From Synechococcus sp. A15-28 (lineage in GTDB: Bacteria > Cyanobacteriota > Cyanobacteriia > PCC-6307 > Cyanobiaceae): a stretch of 32,000 nucleotides of DNA. The stretch is taken from NCBI RefSeq assembly GCF_014280175.1, contig NZ_CP047931.1, positions 1,800,001 to 1,832,000 on the forward strand, read 5' to 3'. Below, one piece after another: positions 10,724-22,327 of the stretch; the stretch's first letter is position 1, and the number at the start of each line of letters is the position of its first letter. The notes beneath the pieces were generated by a model. It was not told where the DNA came from. It made no database searches and saw only the letters and a program-made list of their open reading frames with translations. Position numbers and translations under genes: made by a program.

Positions 10724-10973
10724 CTAAGACTGGAGGCCCAAAGGGGGAAGATGCGCCCTGCCACGCTAAACCCCGGTTCCCGGCTGGGTTCCAAAACAGA
10801 CGCGGTCACGCAAGAGTTTGTCACCTTGGGGCACGAGTCAACGACTACCGGCAAGACCGTCGACCATCAAGGCTTCCAAGCCGGTCGGTCCATGTCGTGG
10901 GTCAGAGACGAGGCCCAACGGAGCCAAGGCAGACAGGTAGAAGGTTTAAAATTTCAGAGTCAGTCAGCATTTC

Positions 10974-11207
10974 ATGGATCAAACAGCCTCTGATCTGCCC
11001 AGCATTGCAGAATTACAGGAGTCTATTGACGAACTATCTGCATACCGAGAGAGACTTTTTCAGGATGTGGTCGGACTTGGAAAGAAGCTGCGCCTCTCGC
11101 AGAAAAAAATTGATTCGACAGTCGCTGAGCACGCAGAGCTAAAGCGTCTTGACGAAGTTATGTCACAACTTGTTGCGCAAAGAGATTCTCAGCAGTCTAA
11201 ATCTTGA
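10974..11207 (+). CDS. Small predicted coiled-coil protein upstream of cpeS
   Basis: 77 aa 'MDQTASDLPSIAELQESIDELSAYRERLFQDVVGLGKKLRLSQKKIDSTVAEHAELKRLDEVMSQLVAQRDSQQSKS' with heptad-like pattern; same strand as cpeS-pebAB. Confidence 0.6.
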   Translation: MDQTASDLPSIAELQESIDELSAYRERLFQDVVGLGKKLRLSQKKIDSTVAEHAELKRLDEVMSQLVAQRDSQQSKS

Positions 11208-11292
11208 ATTTTATTAGAAGGATTGATCCACAGTCTCAACACCTCAGCTCTGCAAGTTCAATCTAATGTTTCCCCTCCAGTCATATCCACCA

Positions 11293-13393
<2,101 letters not shown>

Positions 13394-13410
13394 CAAGGGA
13401 GTTAAGCATT

Positions 13411-13503
13411 ATGAACAGCCGTCGGGAGCCTCGCGAGCTGTTGGTCAGAATCGCAGGCGACGGGAAGAGGGCAATAGCCTTCAACCATCCCATCCAAGTC
13501 TGA
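13411..13503 (+). CDS. Candidate 30-codon leader ORF upstream of rpcB (MNSRREPRELLVRIAGDGKRAIAFNHPIQV)
   Basis: ATG to TGA open frame with an upstream purine-rich AAGGGAG; no homology known to me. Confidence 0.2.
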   Translation: MNSRREPRELLVRIAGDGKRAIAFNHPIQV

Positions 13504-13540
13504 GACCCCACTCCAGACGTAGTTCACAGGAACAACAACC

Positions 13541-14059
13541 ATGTTCGACGCCTTCACCAAGGTTGTCGCCCAGGCCGATGCCCGGGGACAATTCATCAGC
13601 ACCAGCGAGATCGATGCCCTCGCTGCCATGGTTTCCGACAGCAACAAGCGTCTGGATGCAGTGAACCGCATCTCCAGCAACGCCTCCACCATCGTTGCTT
13701 CCGCTGCCCGCCAGCTGTTCGCTCAGCAGCCTGCACTGATCGCCCCCGGCGGCAACGCTTACACCTCCCGCCGCATGGCTGCCTGCCTGCGCGACATGGA
13801 GATCATCCTCCGCTACGTCACTTACTCCGCATTCACCGGTGACGCTTCCGTGATGGAAGACCGCTGCCTGAATGGCCTGCGTGAGACCTACCTGGCCCTC
13901 GGCACCCCCGGTGCTTCCGTTGCCGCCGGCGTAAACCTGATGAAGGACGCTGCCCTGGCCATCGTCAACGACAAAGCTGGCATCTCCGCTGGTGACTGCG
14001 CTTCCCTGAGCAGCGAGATCGGCACCTACTTCGACCGCGCCGCCGCTTCCGTCGCCTGA
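13541..14059 (+). CDS. rpcB: R-phycocyanin beta subunit, 172 aa
   Basis: '[60 protein letters not shown]...' with Cys82/Cys153-type contexts. Confidence 0.94.
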   Translation: MFDAFTKVVAQADARGQFISTSEIDALAAMVSDSNKRLDAVNRISSNASTIVASAARQLFAQQPALIAPGGNAYTSRRMAACLRDMEIILRYVTYSAFTGDASVMEDRCLNGLRETYLALGTPGASVAAGVNLMKDAALAIVNDKAGISAGDCASLSSEIGTYFDRAAASVA

Positions 14060-14100
14060 GCGGCACCTGGATTCGACGTCTTTCATTCCCTTAACGATCC

Positions 14101-14589
14101 ATGAAAACCCCCCTCACCGAAGCTGTTGCAGCAGCTGATTCCCAGGGCCGTTTCCTGAGCAACACCGAAGTTCAGGCCGCTTCCGGTCGCTTCAACCGCG
14201 CCAAGGCCAGCCTCGAGGCTGCCAAGGCCCTCACCAGCAAGGCCGATGCCCTGGTGAACGGTGCTGCTCAGGCCGTCTACAGCAAGTTCCCTTACACCAC
14301 CCAGATGGAGGGATCCAACTACTCCGCCACCCCCGAGGGCAAGGCCAAGTGCTCCCGTGACGTGGGCTACTACCTGCGCATGATCACCTACTGCCTGGTG
14401 GCAGGTGGCACCGGCCCCATGGACGACTACCTGATCGCTGGTCTCGACGAGATCAACCGCACCTTCGAGCTCTCCCCCTCCTGGTACGTGGAAGCTCTGA
14501 AGCACATCAAGGCCAACCACGGCCTCAGCGGCGACGCAGCCACCGAAGCCAACAGCTACATCGATTACGCCATCAACGCCCTGATCTGA
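14101..14589 (+). CDS. rpcA: R-phycocyanin alpha subunit, 162 aa
   Basis: '[67 protein letters not shown]'; single bilin-site Cys in '[15 protein letters not shown]'. Confidence 0.94.
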   Translation: MKTPLTEAVAAADSQGRFLSNTEVQAASGRFNRAKASLEAAKALTSKADALVNGAAQAVYSKFPYTTQMEGSNYSATPEGKAKCSRDVGYYLRMITYCLVAGGTGPMDDYLIAGLDEINRTFELSPSWYVEALKHIKANHGLSGDAATEANSYIDYAINALI

Positions 14590-14610
14590 TCAAGGTTCCG
14601 ATGCTTCACC

Positions 14611-14637
14611 AGCCTCCTTCGGGGGGCTTTTTTTATT
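14611..14637 (+). terminator. Rho-independent terminator/attenuator between rpcBA and rpcT
   Basis: AGCCTCC TTCG GGGGGCT stem-loop followed by a T-run. Confidence 0.8.
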
Positions 14638-14664
14638 GTTTGTTCCCGGGCCCAACAGAACGCT

Positions 14665-15258
14665 GTGATCACCCTCCCTGTTCGGCGTTTTCTCAACCTG
14701 CTCTGCGGCGAGTACAGCAACCAGCAGCAAGCCTTCGACAACCCGCCCCTCTACGCCCACATCTTTCTGAGGTATCGGCCTCTGCCTCAGCTCACCCCGG
14801 GGTCGATCCTGCTGGAGCAGACCTACGCGGTGGATCCCAGCAATCCTTACCGCCTGAGGATGATTCGCGCCGAGGAACAACCCTCCGGCGCCATCAAATT
14901 GTGGAATCACACCTTTCGCGACCCGTCCCGCTTTGCTGGGGCAACCTTCGATCCGGACCTGCGCCTGGCCATCCAGGCCACGGATCTGATCAGCCTTGAT
15001 CAATGCCACTACCAGGTGCTGGAACAGGACGACGGCTACCACGGCGCCATGGAGGCGGGTTGCCAATGCATCGTGCGACGCGATGGCAAAGACACGGTGC
15101 TGGTGAGCAGCTTCCACCTGCAGGGAGAGTCGCTGCAGACCCTCGATCGCGGCCATGACCCGGACACCAATGAGCGTTGCTGGGGCTCGGTGGCGGGACC
15201 GTTCCGGTTCAAACGAACTGAAAGCTGGACGGCCGACATGGCATCGGCCTGGGTTTGA
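14665..15258 (+). CDS. rpcT: CpcT/CpeT-type chromophore lyase, RpcT
   Basis: 'LLCGEYSNQQQAFDNPPLYAHIFLRYRPL' is characteristic of the CpcT/CpeT family; located after rpcBA. Confidence 0.85.
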   Translation: MITLPVRRFLNLLCGEYSNQQQAFDNPPLYAHIFLRYRPLPQLTPGSILLEQTYAVDPSNPYRLRMIRAEEQPSGAIKLWNHTFRDPSRFAGATFDPDLRLAIQATDLISLDQCHYQVLEQDDGYHGAMEAGCQCIVRRDGKDTVLVSSFHLQGESLQTLDRGHDPDTNERCWGSVAGPFRFKRTESWTADMASAWV

Positions 15259-16028
15259 TGGAACCGCTTAGTGAAACGCAGGTGATCCAAAACCTCCGCC
15301 AGACGGAGGACCCTTCGGCGCAGTACTACGCCGCCTGGTGGCTCGGAAAAATGCGCAGCCATCATCCCGATGCCATTCCGCTACTCCTGGACACCCTTGG
15401 AGCTCTCGACGACACTCCCGTCGATCCAGACCGGCGCGGCGTTGCCCTCAATGCCATCCGCGCCCTGGGCCTGCTGAAGGACCAACGCGCAGATGCCCCC
15501 CTGCGGGATCGGTTGCAGTCCAACGACTACAACGTGCGGGAGGAAGCGGCCCGCAGCCTTGGCACGATGGGCAGCTCCGCGGCCGCGGGGGCCATCCGTT
15601 CCCTGTTGGCCAGTGGAGTCGAGGGAGCCGGACGCGAGCAACCCTCGAGCCCCTTGCTGCAGGAACCCTGCGAAGCACTATTGGAAGCCCTGGGCGACAT
15701 CGGCATCAACGATGCAGCCACCCTGGCAACGCTCAAGCCCTTCACGCAGCATCCGCGTCCCCTGATTTGTTCGGCAGCCTGCAGGGCGTTGCTGCAACTC
15801 ACGGGTGATGCGCACTGGGGTGAGCAACTGATCCAGCTGTTGCAGCACCCCGAACCCCTGGTGCGGCGCGGAACCCTGCTGGATCTCGGTGCCACCGGAT
15901 GGACCGCTGCTGTGCCGACGATTCGTGCCGCCGCCGTGGAACCCAGCCTCAAATTGGTGGCTTTGCGGGGGCTGGCGGAGACGAGCGGAGACCCTCAGGT
16001 GCTCGATGTGATGGATGCTCTGCTCTAA
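15255..16028 (+). CDS. rpcE: Phycocyanin alpha-subunit bilin lyase, CpcE/RpcE type
   Basis: HEAT-repeat; 'SAQYYAAWWLGKM...GVALNAIRALGLLKDQRADAPLRDRLQSNDYNVREEAARSLG'. Confidence 0.85.
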   Translation: MMEPLSETQVIQNLRQTEDPSAQYYAAWWLGKMRSHHPDAIPLLLDTLGALDDTPVDPDRRGVALNAIRALGLLKDQRADAPLRDRLQSNDYNVREEAARSLGTMGSSAAAGAIRSLLASGVEGAGREQPSSPLLQEPCEALLEALGDIGINDAATLATLKPFTQHPRPLICSAACRALLQLTGDAHWGEQLIQLLQHPEPLVRRGTLLDLGATGWTAAVPTIRAAAVEPSLKLVALRGLAETSGDPQVLDVMDALL

Positions 16029-16661
16029 ATGACCTCCCCTGCCCTGAGTGATGCGATCCAGGCCTTGGATCGCGCCAGCAGCACCCCCGAATTGGTGGAG
16101 GCCACGCGCGCGCTCTGCGCCCTCGGTGATCCCGAGGCAGCCGACATCCTGGTGAAGGTTCTGGGCTTCAACAACCCAGCCGTGGCGGCGGTGGCAACCC
16201 AGGGACTGATCCAACTGGGTCGTGACATCGTGCCGACCCTGCTGGTGAGCCTGGATGCCCGTAATTACGGCGCCCGAGCCTGGGTGGTGAAAGCCCTGGC
16301 TGCCCTTCGCGATCCACGGGGACTCGATCTTCTCGAGCACGCCCTCGACGCCGACATCGCACCGAGTGTGCGGCGATCAGCAGTCCGCGGCCTGGCGGAT
16401 CTGGACCTTGATCCCATGGCCAAGGAGCAGCAACTGCATCGCTGCATGCAGGGGCTGCTGAAGGCGGGGCAAGACGATGAATGGGTGGTGCGCTATGCCG
16501 CTGTCTTCGGAATCGAACAACGTTTGACCGATGCAGCGGGTGGTTCATCGCTTGCCGATCAGGCCATGCCGCTGTTGCGGACCCTGGCGTCCGATGCTGA
16601 GGATGCCAAGGTTGTGCGCCTACGGGCCGCCCTGGCCCTCCAACGCCTCAACGCCGGATGA
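16029..16661 (+). CDS. rpcF: Phycocyanin alpha-subunit bilin lyase, CpcF/RpcF type
   Basis: 210 aa HEAT-repeat 'LVEATRALCALGDPEAADILVKVLGFNNPAVAAVATQGLIQLG'; directly follows rpcE. Confidence 0.85.
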   Translation: MTSPALSDAIQALDRASSTPELVEATRALCALGDPEAADILVKVLGFNNPAVAAVATQGLIQLGRDIVPTLLVSLDARNYGARAWVVKALAALRDPRGLDLLEHALDADIAPSVRRSAVRGLADLDLDPMAKEQQLHRCMQGLLKAGQDDEWVVRYAAVFGIEQRLTDAAGGSSLADQAMPLLRTLASDAEDAKVVRLRAALALQRLNAG

Positions 16662-17137
16662 CCCAGAAACTGTTGTTCGTCTGCCTCGGCAACATCTGCC
16701 GCTCACCAGCGGCGGAAGGCGTCTTCCTGCATCTGCTGGACGAGCGTGGCCTCAGTGATCAGTTCGTGGTGGATTCCGCCGGCACGGGCGGCTGGCATGT
16801 GGGCAATTCGGCGGACCGACGCATGCAGGCGGCTGCCAACCGCCGCGGCATGAACCTCCCCAGCCGCGCACGACAGATCTGCCTGGAGGATTTCTCGAGT
16901 TTCGACCTGGTGCTCACCATGGATGACAGCAACCTGGCCGCCGTGCAGGGGTTGGCTCGCGAAGCCGGGTCCCAGGCAACGGCCAGGATCAAACCCATGC
17001 TCAGCTACGCCCGTCGGTTCAACGAAACCGAAGTGCCTGACCCCTATTACGGCGGAGATGCCGGCTTCGAGCATGTGCTCGATCTGCTGGAGGACGCCTG
17101 CGCCAACCTCCTGGACGAGCTCAGTCCCCAGGCGTAG
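16658..17137 (+). CDS. ptpA: Low-molecular-weight protein tyrosine phosphatase
   Basis: N-terminal P-loop 'LFVCLGNICRSPAAEG' (C-X5-R-S) and DPYYGG C-terminal acid motif. Confidence 0.92.
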   Translation: MTQKLLFVCLGNICRSPAAEGVFLHLLDERGLSDQFVVDSAGTGGWHVGNSADRRMQAAANRRGMNLPSRARQICLEDFSSFDLVLTMDDSNLAAVQGLAREAGSQATARIKPMLSYARRFNETEVPDPYYGGDAGFEHVLDLLEDACANLLDELSPQA

Positions 17138-18548
17138 GCCAGACCTCTTCAGCCACCCGCGAGCGGAACTGTTCCACCAGCGCATCAATCACTGCATCGA
17201 TGCTCATGCCATCGGTGATCAGTTCCACCGCATCGGCAGCCTTCACCAACGGGGCCTCCTCCCGGGTGCTGTCCAGCCGATCGCGCTCGGCGATCTGCGC
17301 CTCCAGCTCGGAGCGCTCTGGAACGGGAAACCCCCGCTGCTCCAGGTCGAGAGCCCGGCGCCGGGCCCGTTCGCCCACCGTGGCAGTGAGGAACACCTTC
17401 AGATCAGCATCCGGGAAAACAGCGGTGCCGATGTCGCGACCCTCCGCCACCAAGCCACCCTTGGCACCCATGGCCTTCTGCTGCGCGGTGAGCGCCTGCC
17501 GCACGCAACGGTGCGCTGCAACAACCGACACCAAGCCCGTCACCTCAGGGGATCGAATCGCTTCACTGACGTCCTCACCATTCACCAACACCTGCTGGCC
17601 ACTGCAAGGCAGTGACCGCAGCTGCAAATCCAAACTCTGGAGCAAAGGTGTAATGGCGGCAGCGTCGGTGGGATCAACACCGCTCTTCTGCACAAGCCAG
17701 GTCACCGATCGGTACATCGCACCGGTGTCGAGATAAATCAGGCCCATTCGCTCCGCAAAGGCCCGGGTGACGGTGCTTTTGCCAGCACCGGCTGGGCCAT
17801 CAATGGCAACGAGAGGCTGGCGGGTCATCAAAAAGACGTGATCGATCAAGCGTGTCGTTCCGCAGCGCACCGCCGCGGCCAGCAGCGAGATGGCTGTTTC
17901 AGACCCACAGGGCTGAAGCGTGATGGGATCGACCCTCTCTACATACTCCACCTCGAGACCAGCAGCTGAAAGCATGGAACGGATGATGTCCAACGGCGTG
18001 GTTGCATCAGCGGCCCGCAGGGCCGCAGGCAAGGTGGCGGCCTGATGCCGCTCCGCGGGCGTCAGATATCGGTTGCGTGAACTCATGGCCAGGCCATCGG
18101 CTTCGCGCACCGTGGCAACCCCCTGAACCTTTACAGGGATGCAGAGATCAGCCACCAACCGACGCAGGATCACCAGTTGCTGCCAGTCCTTCTCCCCCAG
18201 CCAGAGGCTGGCGGGCCGTACCAGATGCAACAGACGTGCCACAACCGTGACCACCCCATCAAAGTGCCCGGGACGGCCAGCTCCGCAGAGATGCTGCTGC
18301 AGCCCATCCGCTGCATTGCGGGAGGGACAGGCTCCATCGGGGTAGATCATCTGGACGGATGGAGCCCAGAGCGCCGCTGCCCCGCACCGATCGGCCAGAG
18401 AGAGATCGGTCTCCAAGCTGCGCGGATACCGATCGAAGTCTTCCGCGGGTCCGAACTGAAGCGGGTTGACGAACACGCTCACCAACACGGGGCCATGCGC
18501 CGCCGCTCGGCGGATCAGCTCTCCGTGCCCGTCATGCAGACCTCCCAT
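17121..18548 (-). CDS. panC/cmk: Bifunctional pantoate--beta-alanine ligase / cytidylate kinase (N-terminus probably extends upstream of 18548 toward about 18630 with a non-ATG start)
   Basis: 'MGGLHDGHGELIRRA...NPLQFGPAEDF' PanC motif, then 'VAIDGPAGAGKSTVTRAFAERMGLIYLDTGAMYR' Cmk; the frame stays open upstream as ...[28 protein letters not shown]. Confidence 0.92.
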   Translation of the reverse strand: MGGLHDGHGELIRRAAAHGPVLVSVFVNPLQFGPAEDFDRYPRSLETDLSLADRCGAAALWAPSVQMIYPDGACPSRNAADGLQQHLCGAGRPGHFDGVVTVVARLLHLVRPASLWLGEKDWQQLVILRRLVADLCIPVKVQGVATVREADGLAMSSRNRYLTPAERHQAATLPAALRAADATTPLDIIRSMLSAAGLEVEYVERVDPITLQPCGSETAISLLAAAVRCGTTRLIDHVFLMTRQPLVAIDGPAGAGKSTVTRAFAERMGLIYLDTGAMYRSVTWLVQKSGVDPTDAAAITPLLQSLDLQLRSLPCSGQQVLVNGEDVSEAIRSPEVTGLVSVVAAHRCVRQALTAQQKAMGAKGGLVAEGRDIGTAVFPDADLKVFLTATVGERARRRALDLEQRGFPVPERSELEAQIAERDRLDSTREEAPLVKAADAVELITDGMSIDAVIDALVEQFRSRVAEEVWPTPGD

Positions 18549-18628
18549 GGTGGGGACGAACTGAAGCGGTTGCGCAAGCCTGGAGAGAAAGGCATCCAGG
18601 TCAGCCTGCGTTGAGATCAGTAAGGCGG

Positions 18629-19219
18629 TCAGCGCAGCACCTCGAGCTTCACCTGGGCGATACCGGAACTGATCAATCCCAGGCTGGAGGCCGCTCCGTG
18701 CCCCAGATCAATCACGCGGTGATCCACAAAGGGCCCGCGGTCGTTGATGCGAATTACGGCTGAGCGTCCATTGCGGAGGTTGGTCACCCGCACTTTGGTG
18801 CCGAACGGCAAGGTGCGATGGGCGGCCGTCATCGTGCCCTGGCGGTAGATCTCACCGTTCGCCGTGTAGTTCCCGTAGAAGCCAGGGCCGTACCAGCTGG
18901 CTTCACCGGTGATGACCCGCACCACATCTGGCACCAACTTCAGCTTCGGCTCGGGCAGAACCGCCACCGGCGTCAGAACGGCGTTGACGTTGCGGTTTTC
19001 GGTGCTGTCCTGATCGAGCTCGTTCTCAACAGACAGATTGAGCTCCGAGGCAGGGTTCGAAAAGGGTTCAAGGTCGGCAGCAGACTCAACGAACAGCTCC
19101 ATGGGATCCAGGGGATCGAACCCGTCCTGATCCTCAAAATCCTGAGCGACAACAGGGAACAGCGCCGCACTGGCTGAGATTGCCCCGCACAGACCAAGGA
19201 GGGTAAGAACGACTCGCAT
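18629..19219 (-). CDS. rlpA: RlpA-like septal ring lytic transglycosylase, secreted (provided ORF extends to 19279)
   Basis: '[68 protein letters not shown]' double-psi beta-barrel; signal-peptide-like N-terminus. Confidence 0.85.
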   Translation of the reverse strand: MRVVLTLLGLCGAISASAALFPVVAQDFEDQDGFDPLDPMELFVESAADLEPFSNPASELNLSVENELDQDSTENRNVNAVLTPVAVLPEPKLKLVPDVVRVITGEASWYGPGFYGNYTANGEIYRQGTMTAAHRTLPFGTKVRVTNLRNGRSAVIRINDRGPFVDHRVIDLGHGAASSLGLISSGIAQVKLEVLR

Positions 19220-19522
19220 GACAAGCGATCGACGAATTCTCGAAGACGAACCTCGGGAATGCGCAGACCTCAACTTCAAAACATCGAAAAGCTAAGAAGT
19301 TCACAACAAACACAACAGCAGGCACCAATCCAGCAACCGACACAGGACATCTGGACGCCATCAGAAGCCCCTGCCGGTCACAAGCGAGACCAAGACCCAA
19401 CCCCACCAGGGACATCAATCAGGCTTGATTCAGTCATCAGCGAAACTGATGTTCTGTTGATCCGGCTCTTCAGCCGACCATGGGTCGCCGGAGTTGCAGG
19501 ATCAATACAGCTCCTTCAGCCC

Positions 19523-20554
19523 ATGGACTACAAGAGTGCTGGCGTGGACGTCGAGGCCGGTCGGGCCTTTGTTCAACGGATCAAGTCCTCCGTTGAAGCA
19601 ACACATCGCCCGGAGGTGATCGGTGGACTGGGCGGCTTCGGCGGAATGATGCGGCTGCCGGCGGGTCTGCGACAGCCCCTGTTGGTTTCAGGTACAGACG
19701 GTGTCGGCACCAAACTCGAGTTGGCGCAGGACCATCACGCTCACCACAACGTTGGGATCGACCTGGTGGCGATGTGCGTGAACGACGTCATCACCTCCGG
19801 CGCACAGCCCCTGTTTTTTCTGGATTACATGGCCACAGGCGCGCTGAGTCCTGAGGCCATGGCGGAGGTCGTCGAGGGAATTGCCGACGGCTGCCGGCAG
19901 AGCGGCTGCTCCCTGCTCGGCGGCGAAACCGCCGAAATGCCTGGGTTCTACCCAGCTGGTCGTTACGACCTGGCGGGTTTCTGCGTCGCCGTCGTTGAAG
20001 AAAGTGAGCTGATTGATGGACGACAGGTGCAGACCGGGGACGCAGTGATCGGTGTGGCCAGCAGTGGTGTTCACAGCAACGGCTTCAGCCTGGTGCGCCG
20101 GGTGCTTGAACAGGCGGCTGCGGATCGATCCACCCGATATGGACCGGATCAGCGCCCTCTGATCGATGACCTTCTGAGGCCCACCCAGCTCTACGCCTCA
20201 CTGGTGCTGCAGCTCCTCAGCAGCAACGTTGCCATCCATGCCATGGCTCACATCACCGGTGGTGGACTTCCGGAAAACCTCCCCCGCTGCCTGCCGGAGG
20301 GATGCCGCGCCCAGGTGAATCCATCCAGCTGGGCTCCCCCCTCCCTGTTCGATTGGCTTCAACACGCTGGTGACATTCCAGAGCGAGCCCTCTGGCACAC
20401 CTTCAATCTCGGAGTTGGATTCTGTCTTGTAGTGCCGGAGGACCAAACCAACCTGGCGATTGAAACCTGTCGTGCCCAACAGCTGCAGGCCTGGCCGATC
20501 GGCAGCATCGTGAAGGGCAACCCTGAAGACGGAGTGATCGGCCTCCCGGACTAG
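19523..20554 (+). CDS. purM: Phosphoribosylformylglycinamidine cyclo-ligase (start at MDYKSAGVD)
   Basis: '[13 protein letters not shown]...[15 protein letters not shown]...[13 protein letters not shown]...[16 protein letters not shown]...[12 protein letters not shown]'. Confidence 0.94.
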   Translation: MDYKSAGVDVEAGRAFVQRIKSSVEATHRPEVIGGLGGFGGMMRLPAGLRQPLLVSGTDGVGTKLELAQDHHAHHNVGIDLVAMCVNDVITSGAQPLFFLDYMATGALSPEAMAEVVEGIADGCRQSGCSLLGGETAEMPGFYPAGRYDLAGFCVAVVEESELIDGRQVQTGDAVIGVASSGVHSNGFSLVRRVLEQAAADRSTRYGPDQRPLIDDLLRPTQLYASLVLQLLSSNVAIHAMAHITGGGLPENLPRCLPEGCRAQVNPSSWAPPSLFDWLQHAGDIPERALWHTFNLGVGFCLVVPEDQTNLAIETCRAQQLQAWPIGSIVKGNPEDGVIGLPD

Positions 20555-20683
20555 CGGGCAATTGCATCAAACTCCGAAAGAATCTTCGGAAACACTGGGA
20601 ACAAGGGAAAGATCCGTTTAAGATCTCATCAAGCAGACCGGAGTTGCCTCCGGACGCAGCGTCGATACATCGGCTTAAACGAC

Positions 20684-21316
20684 ATGCCACTTGATAGACC
20701 TCAGCGCACCACGCGCAGACGATCCTCTGCTGGACCGACTCCTCCCAGGCGTCCGATTGCTCCAGCCCATGAACGATCCAACGGCCACAGGCAGTCCCCT
20801 CGTCCCACATTCCTGACCCTCAGGGATCACGGCAAGGTCTACGTGGCAGATTTGCCCGACCTCTCCGACGGACAACTGGCTCACATCGGCAAAGAGGCTC
20901 AGGAGGTTCTCGACAGCCTCGAGCGTCGAATTCATGAACTTGAACAGAGTCTCGACCAGGGACCCCAGGACCGGGACACGCTGATCAAGGCGTCCACAAA
21001 GCGCGACGTCACCCTGCGCTTCCTGCGCGCGATCGAGGAGGAGAAGCAACTCCGCAGCAACAACCCGGCCCTGCGGTCCGCGGCCGGAGAATCCCTCCCC
21101 CGGACGTTCCTGGAGGTCGCACGGCACCGTCTGCCGGGCACCACATTCGATTCACTGCTCCAGGAGGCGCTCAAAGCCTGCGAGGAGAGCCAGGCAGCGG
21201 CAGCCCCGGTGCCTGCTCCGGTCCGCGAAAACGTGATTCCCCTGCGGGGCGACGCCCCAGCCAACAGCCTCCCCGTTGTGGTGAGTCCGGCTCCGGACAA
21301 CATCGCAGAAGCCTGA
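20684..21316 (+). CDS. Conserved-looking hypothetical protein with helical/coiled segment and low-complexity basic N-terminus
   Basis: 210 aa ORF, 'FLTLRDHGKVYVADLPDLSDGQLAHIGKEAQEVLDSLERRIHELEQ'. Confidence 0.7.
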   Translation: MPLDRPQRTTRRRSSAGPTPPRRPIAPAHERSNGHRQSPRPTFLTLRDHGKVYVADLPDLSDGQLAHIGKEAQEVLDSLERRIHELEQSLDQGPQDRDTLIKASTKRDVTLRFLRAIEEEKQLRSNNPALRSAAGESLPRTFLEVARHRLPGTTFDSLLQEALKACEESQAAAAPVPAPVRENVIPLRGDAPANSLPVVVSPAPDNIAEA

Positions 21317-21320
21317 GGAC

Positions 21321-22304
21321 CTACGCGCTCTGGAAGGGGTTGGACGGGGTGCGCACCGCGCACTGCCCGCGAGCCTCCGTCAGTTGTTCGATCTCTTCAG
21401 GCCTCAGGGACCAACCGAGGGCTCCGGCAACATCCCTGGCTTGTTCGGGGGTTCTGACGCCTGGAATCGGCTTGGTCCCCTGAGCTCGGCACCAGTTGAG
21501 TGCCACCTGAGCCATCGATACGTTGCGGGTTGCGGCAATGGCGGCAACGACGGTGCGGAGGTTCCGGCTGGCGGGCATCAACCTGTTGAACAACTGCCGA
21601 CGCAGAAAGGTTCCTGATCGACGCTCCGCCTTGGGCGACAGGGTCAGCACACCAAAGGCCAGGGGGCTGTAAGCCAGCACCTCCACACCGCGCTCATGAC
21701 AGAGCTGCCGTAACGCATCAGCCTTGGCATCCCCCGGAGAGAGAAGAGAGTACTGCACCTGCACACTGCGCAAAGGGACCCCACGCTGCGCCAGCCGTTC
21801 ATGCATCCAGGCCAACCGTTTCGGGCCGATGTTGGACACACCGACTTCGGCGACGGAGCCATCGAGAACGCGATCCGCCAGACCATCGAGAAGCTGCACC
21901 TCCTGCCAGGGGGCGTAGCGCGCTGTGCTCCAGTGCAGCTGCACCCGTCGCAGATGACCCTGAAGTCGTTGTCGACTGGCCTGAAGCGCCTGATCAAGGC
22001 CCCGTCGTCCGAGCCTCCAGGGGAACGGCGCCAGTTTGGTGGCAATACACAACTGGTCCCGACGCGTCGCCGGAAGACGTGCTGCGAACTGCCCCAACAG
22101 CTGCTCACTGCGTCCATCGAGTCGCCCGGTGCCGTAGGAGTCAGCCGTATCGATCAGGTCAAGACCTGAGGAGAGGGCCTGGCGAAAGGTCTCCTCCAGA
22201 CGGCCATCATCCCGTTCGGCCTCGTAGCCCCACAGCAATTGATTGCCCCACGCCCAAGTACCGAATCCGATGCCGTTCAACGGGTCCCCTCCTCTGCCCG
22301 TCAT
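21321..22304 (-). CDS. Aldo/keto reductase
   Basis: 'SGLDLIDTADSYGTGRLDGRSEQLLGQF...LDGLADRVLDGSVAEVGVSN...ALNWCRAQGTKPIPGVRTPEQARD'. Confidence 0.9.
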   Translation of the reverse strand: MTGRGGDPLNGIGFGTWAWGNQLLWGYEAERDDGRLEETFRQALSSGLDLIDTADSYGTGRLDGRSEQLLGQFAARLPATRRDQLCIATKLAPFPWRLGRRGLDQALQASRQRLQGHLRRVQLHWSTARYAPWQEVQLLDGLADRVLDGSVAEVGVSNIGPKRLAWMHERLAQRGVPLRSVQVQYSLLSPGDAKADALRQLCHERGVEVLAYSPLAFGVLTLSPKAERRSGTFLRRQLFNRLMPASRNLRTVVAAIAATRNVSMAQVALNWCRAQGTKPIPGVRTPEQARDVAGALGWSLRPEEIEQLTEARGQCAVRTPSNPFQSA

Positions 22305-22327
22305 GATCGCCCCATCGACTCAATCCC

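Noticed and set aside
13481-14520. Minus-strand 201-aa and 145-aa ORFs antisense to rpcBA
   Set aside because: Shadow ORFs opposite strongly supported rpcB and rpcA.
15678-16548. Minus-strand ORFs opposite rpcE/rpcF
   Set aside because: Gln/His/Gly-rich shadow translations opposite HEAT-repeat genes.
17200-18614. Plus-strand ORFs opposite panC/cmk (17200..17736, 18002..18250, 18177..18614)
   Set aside because: High-GC shadow frames opposite a clearly identified bifunctional enzyme.
19259-19522. 88-aa N-terminal extension of purM in ORF 19259..20554
   Set aside because: Gln/Pro-rich and unrelated to PurM; the canonical start MDYKSAGVD is at 19523.
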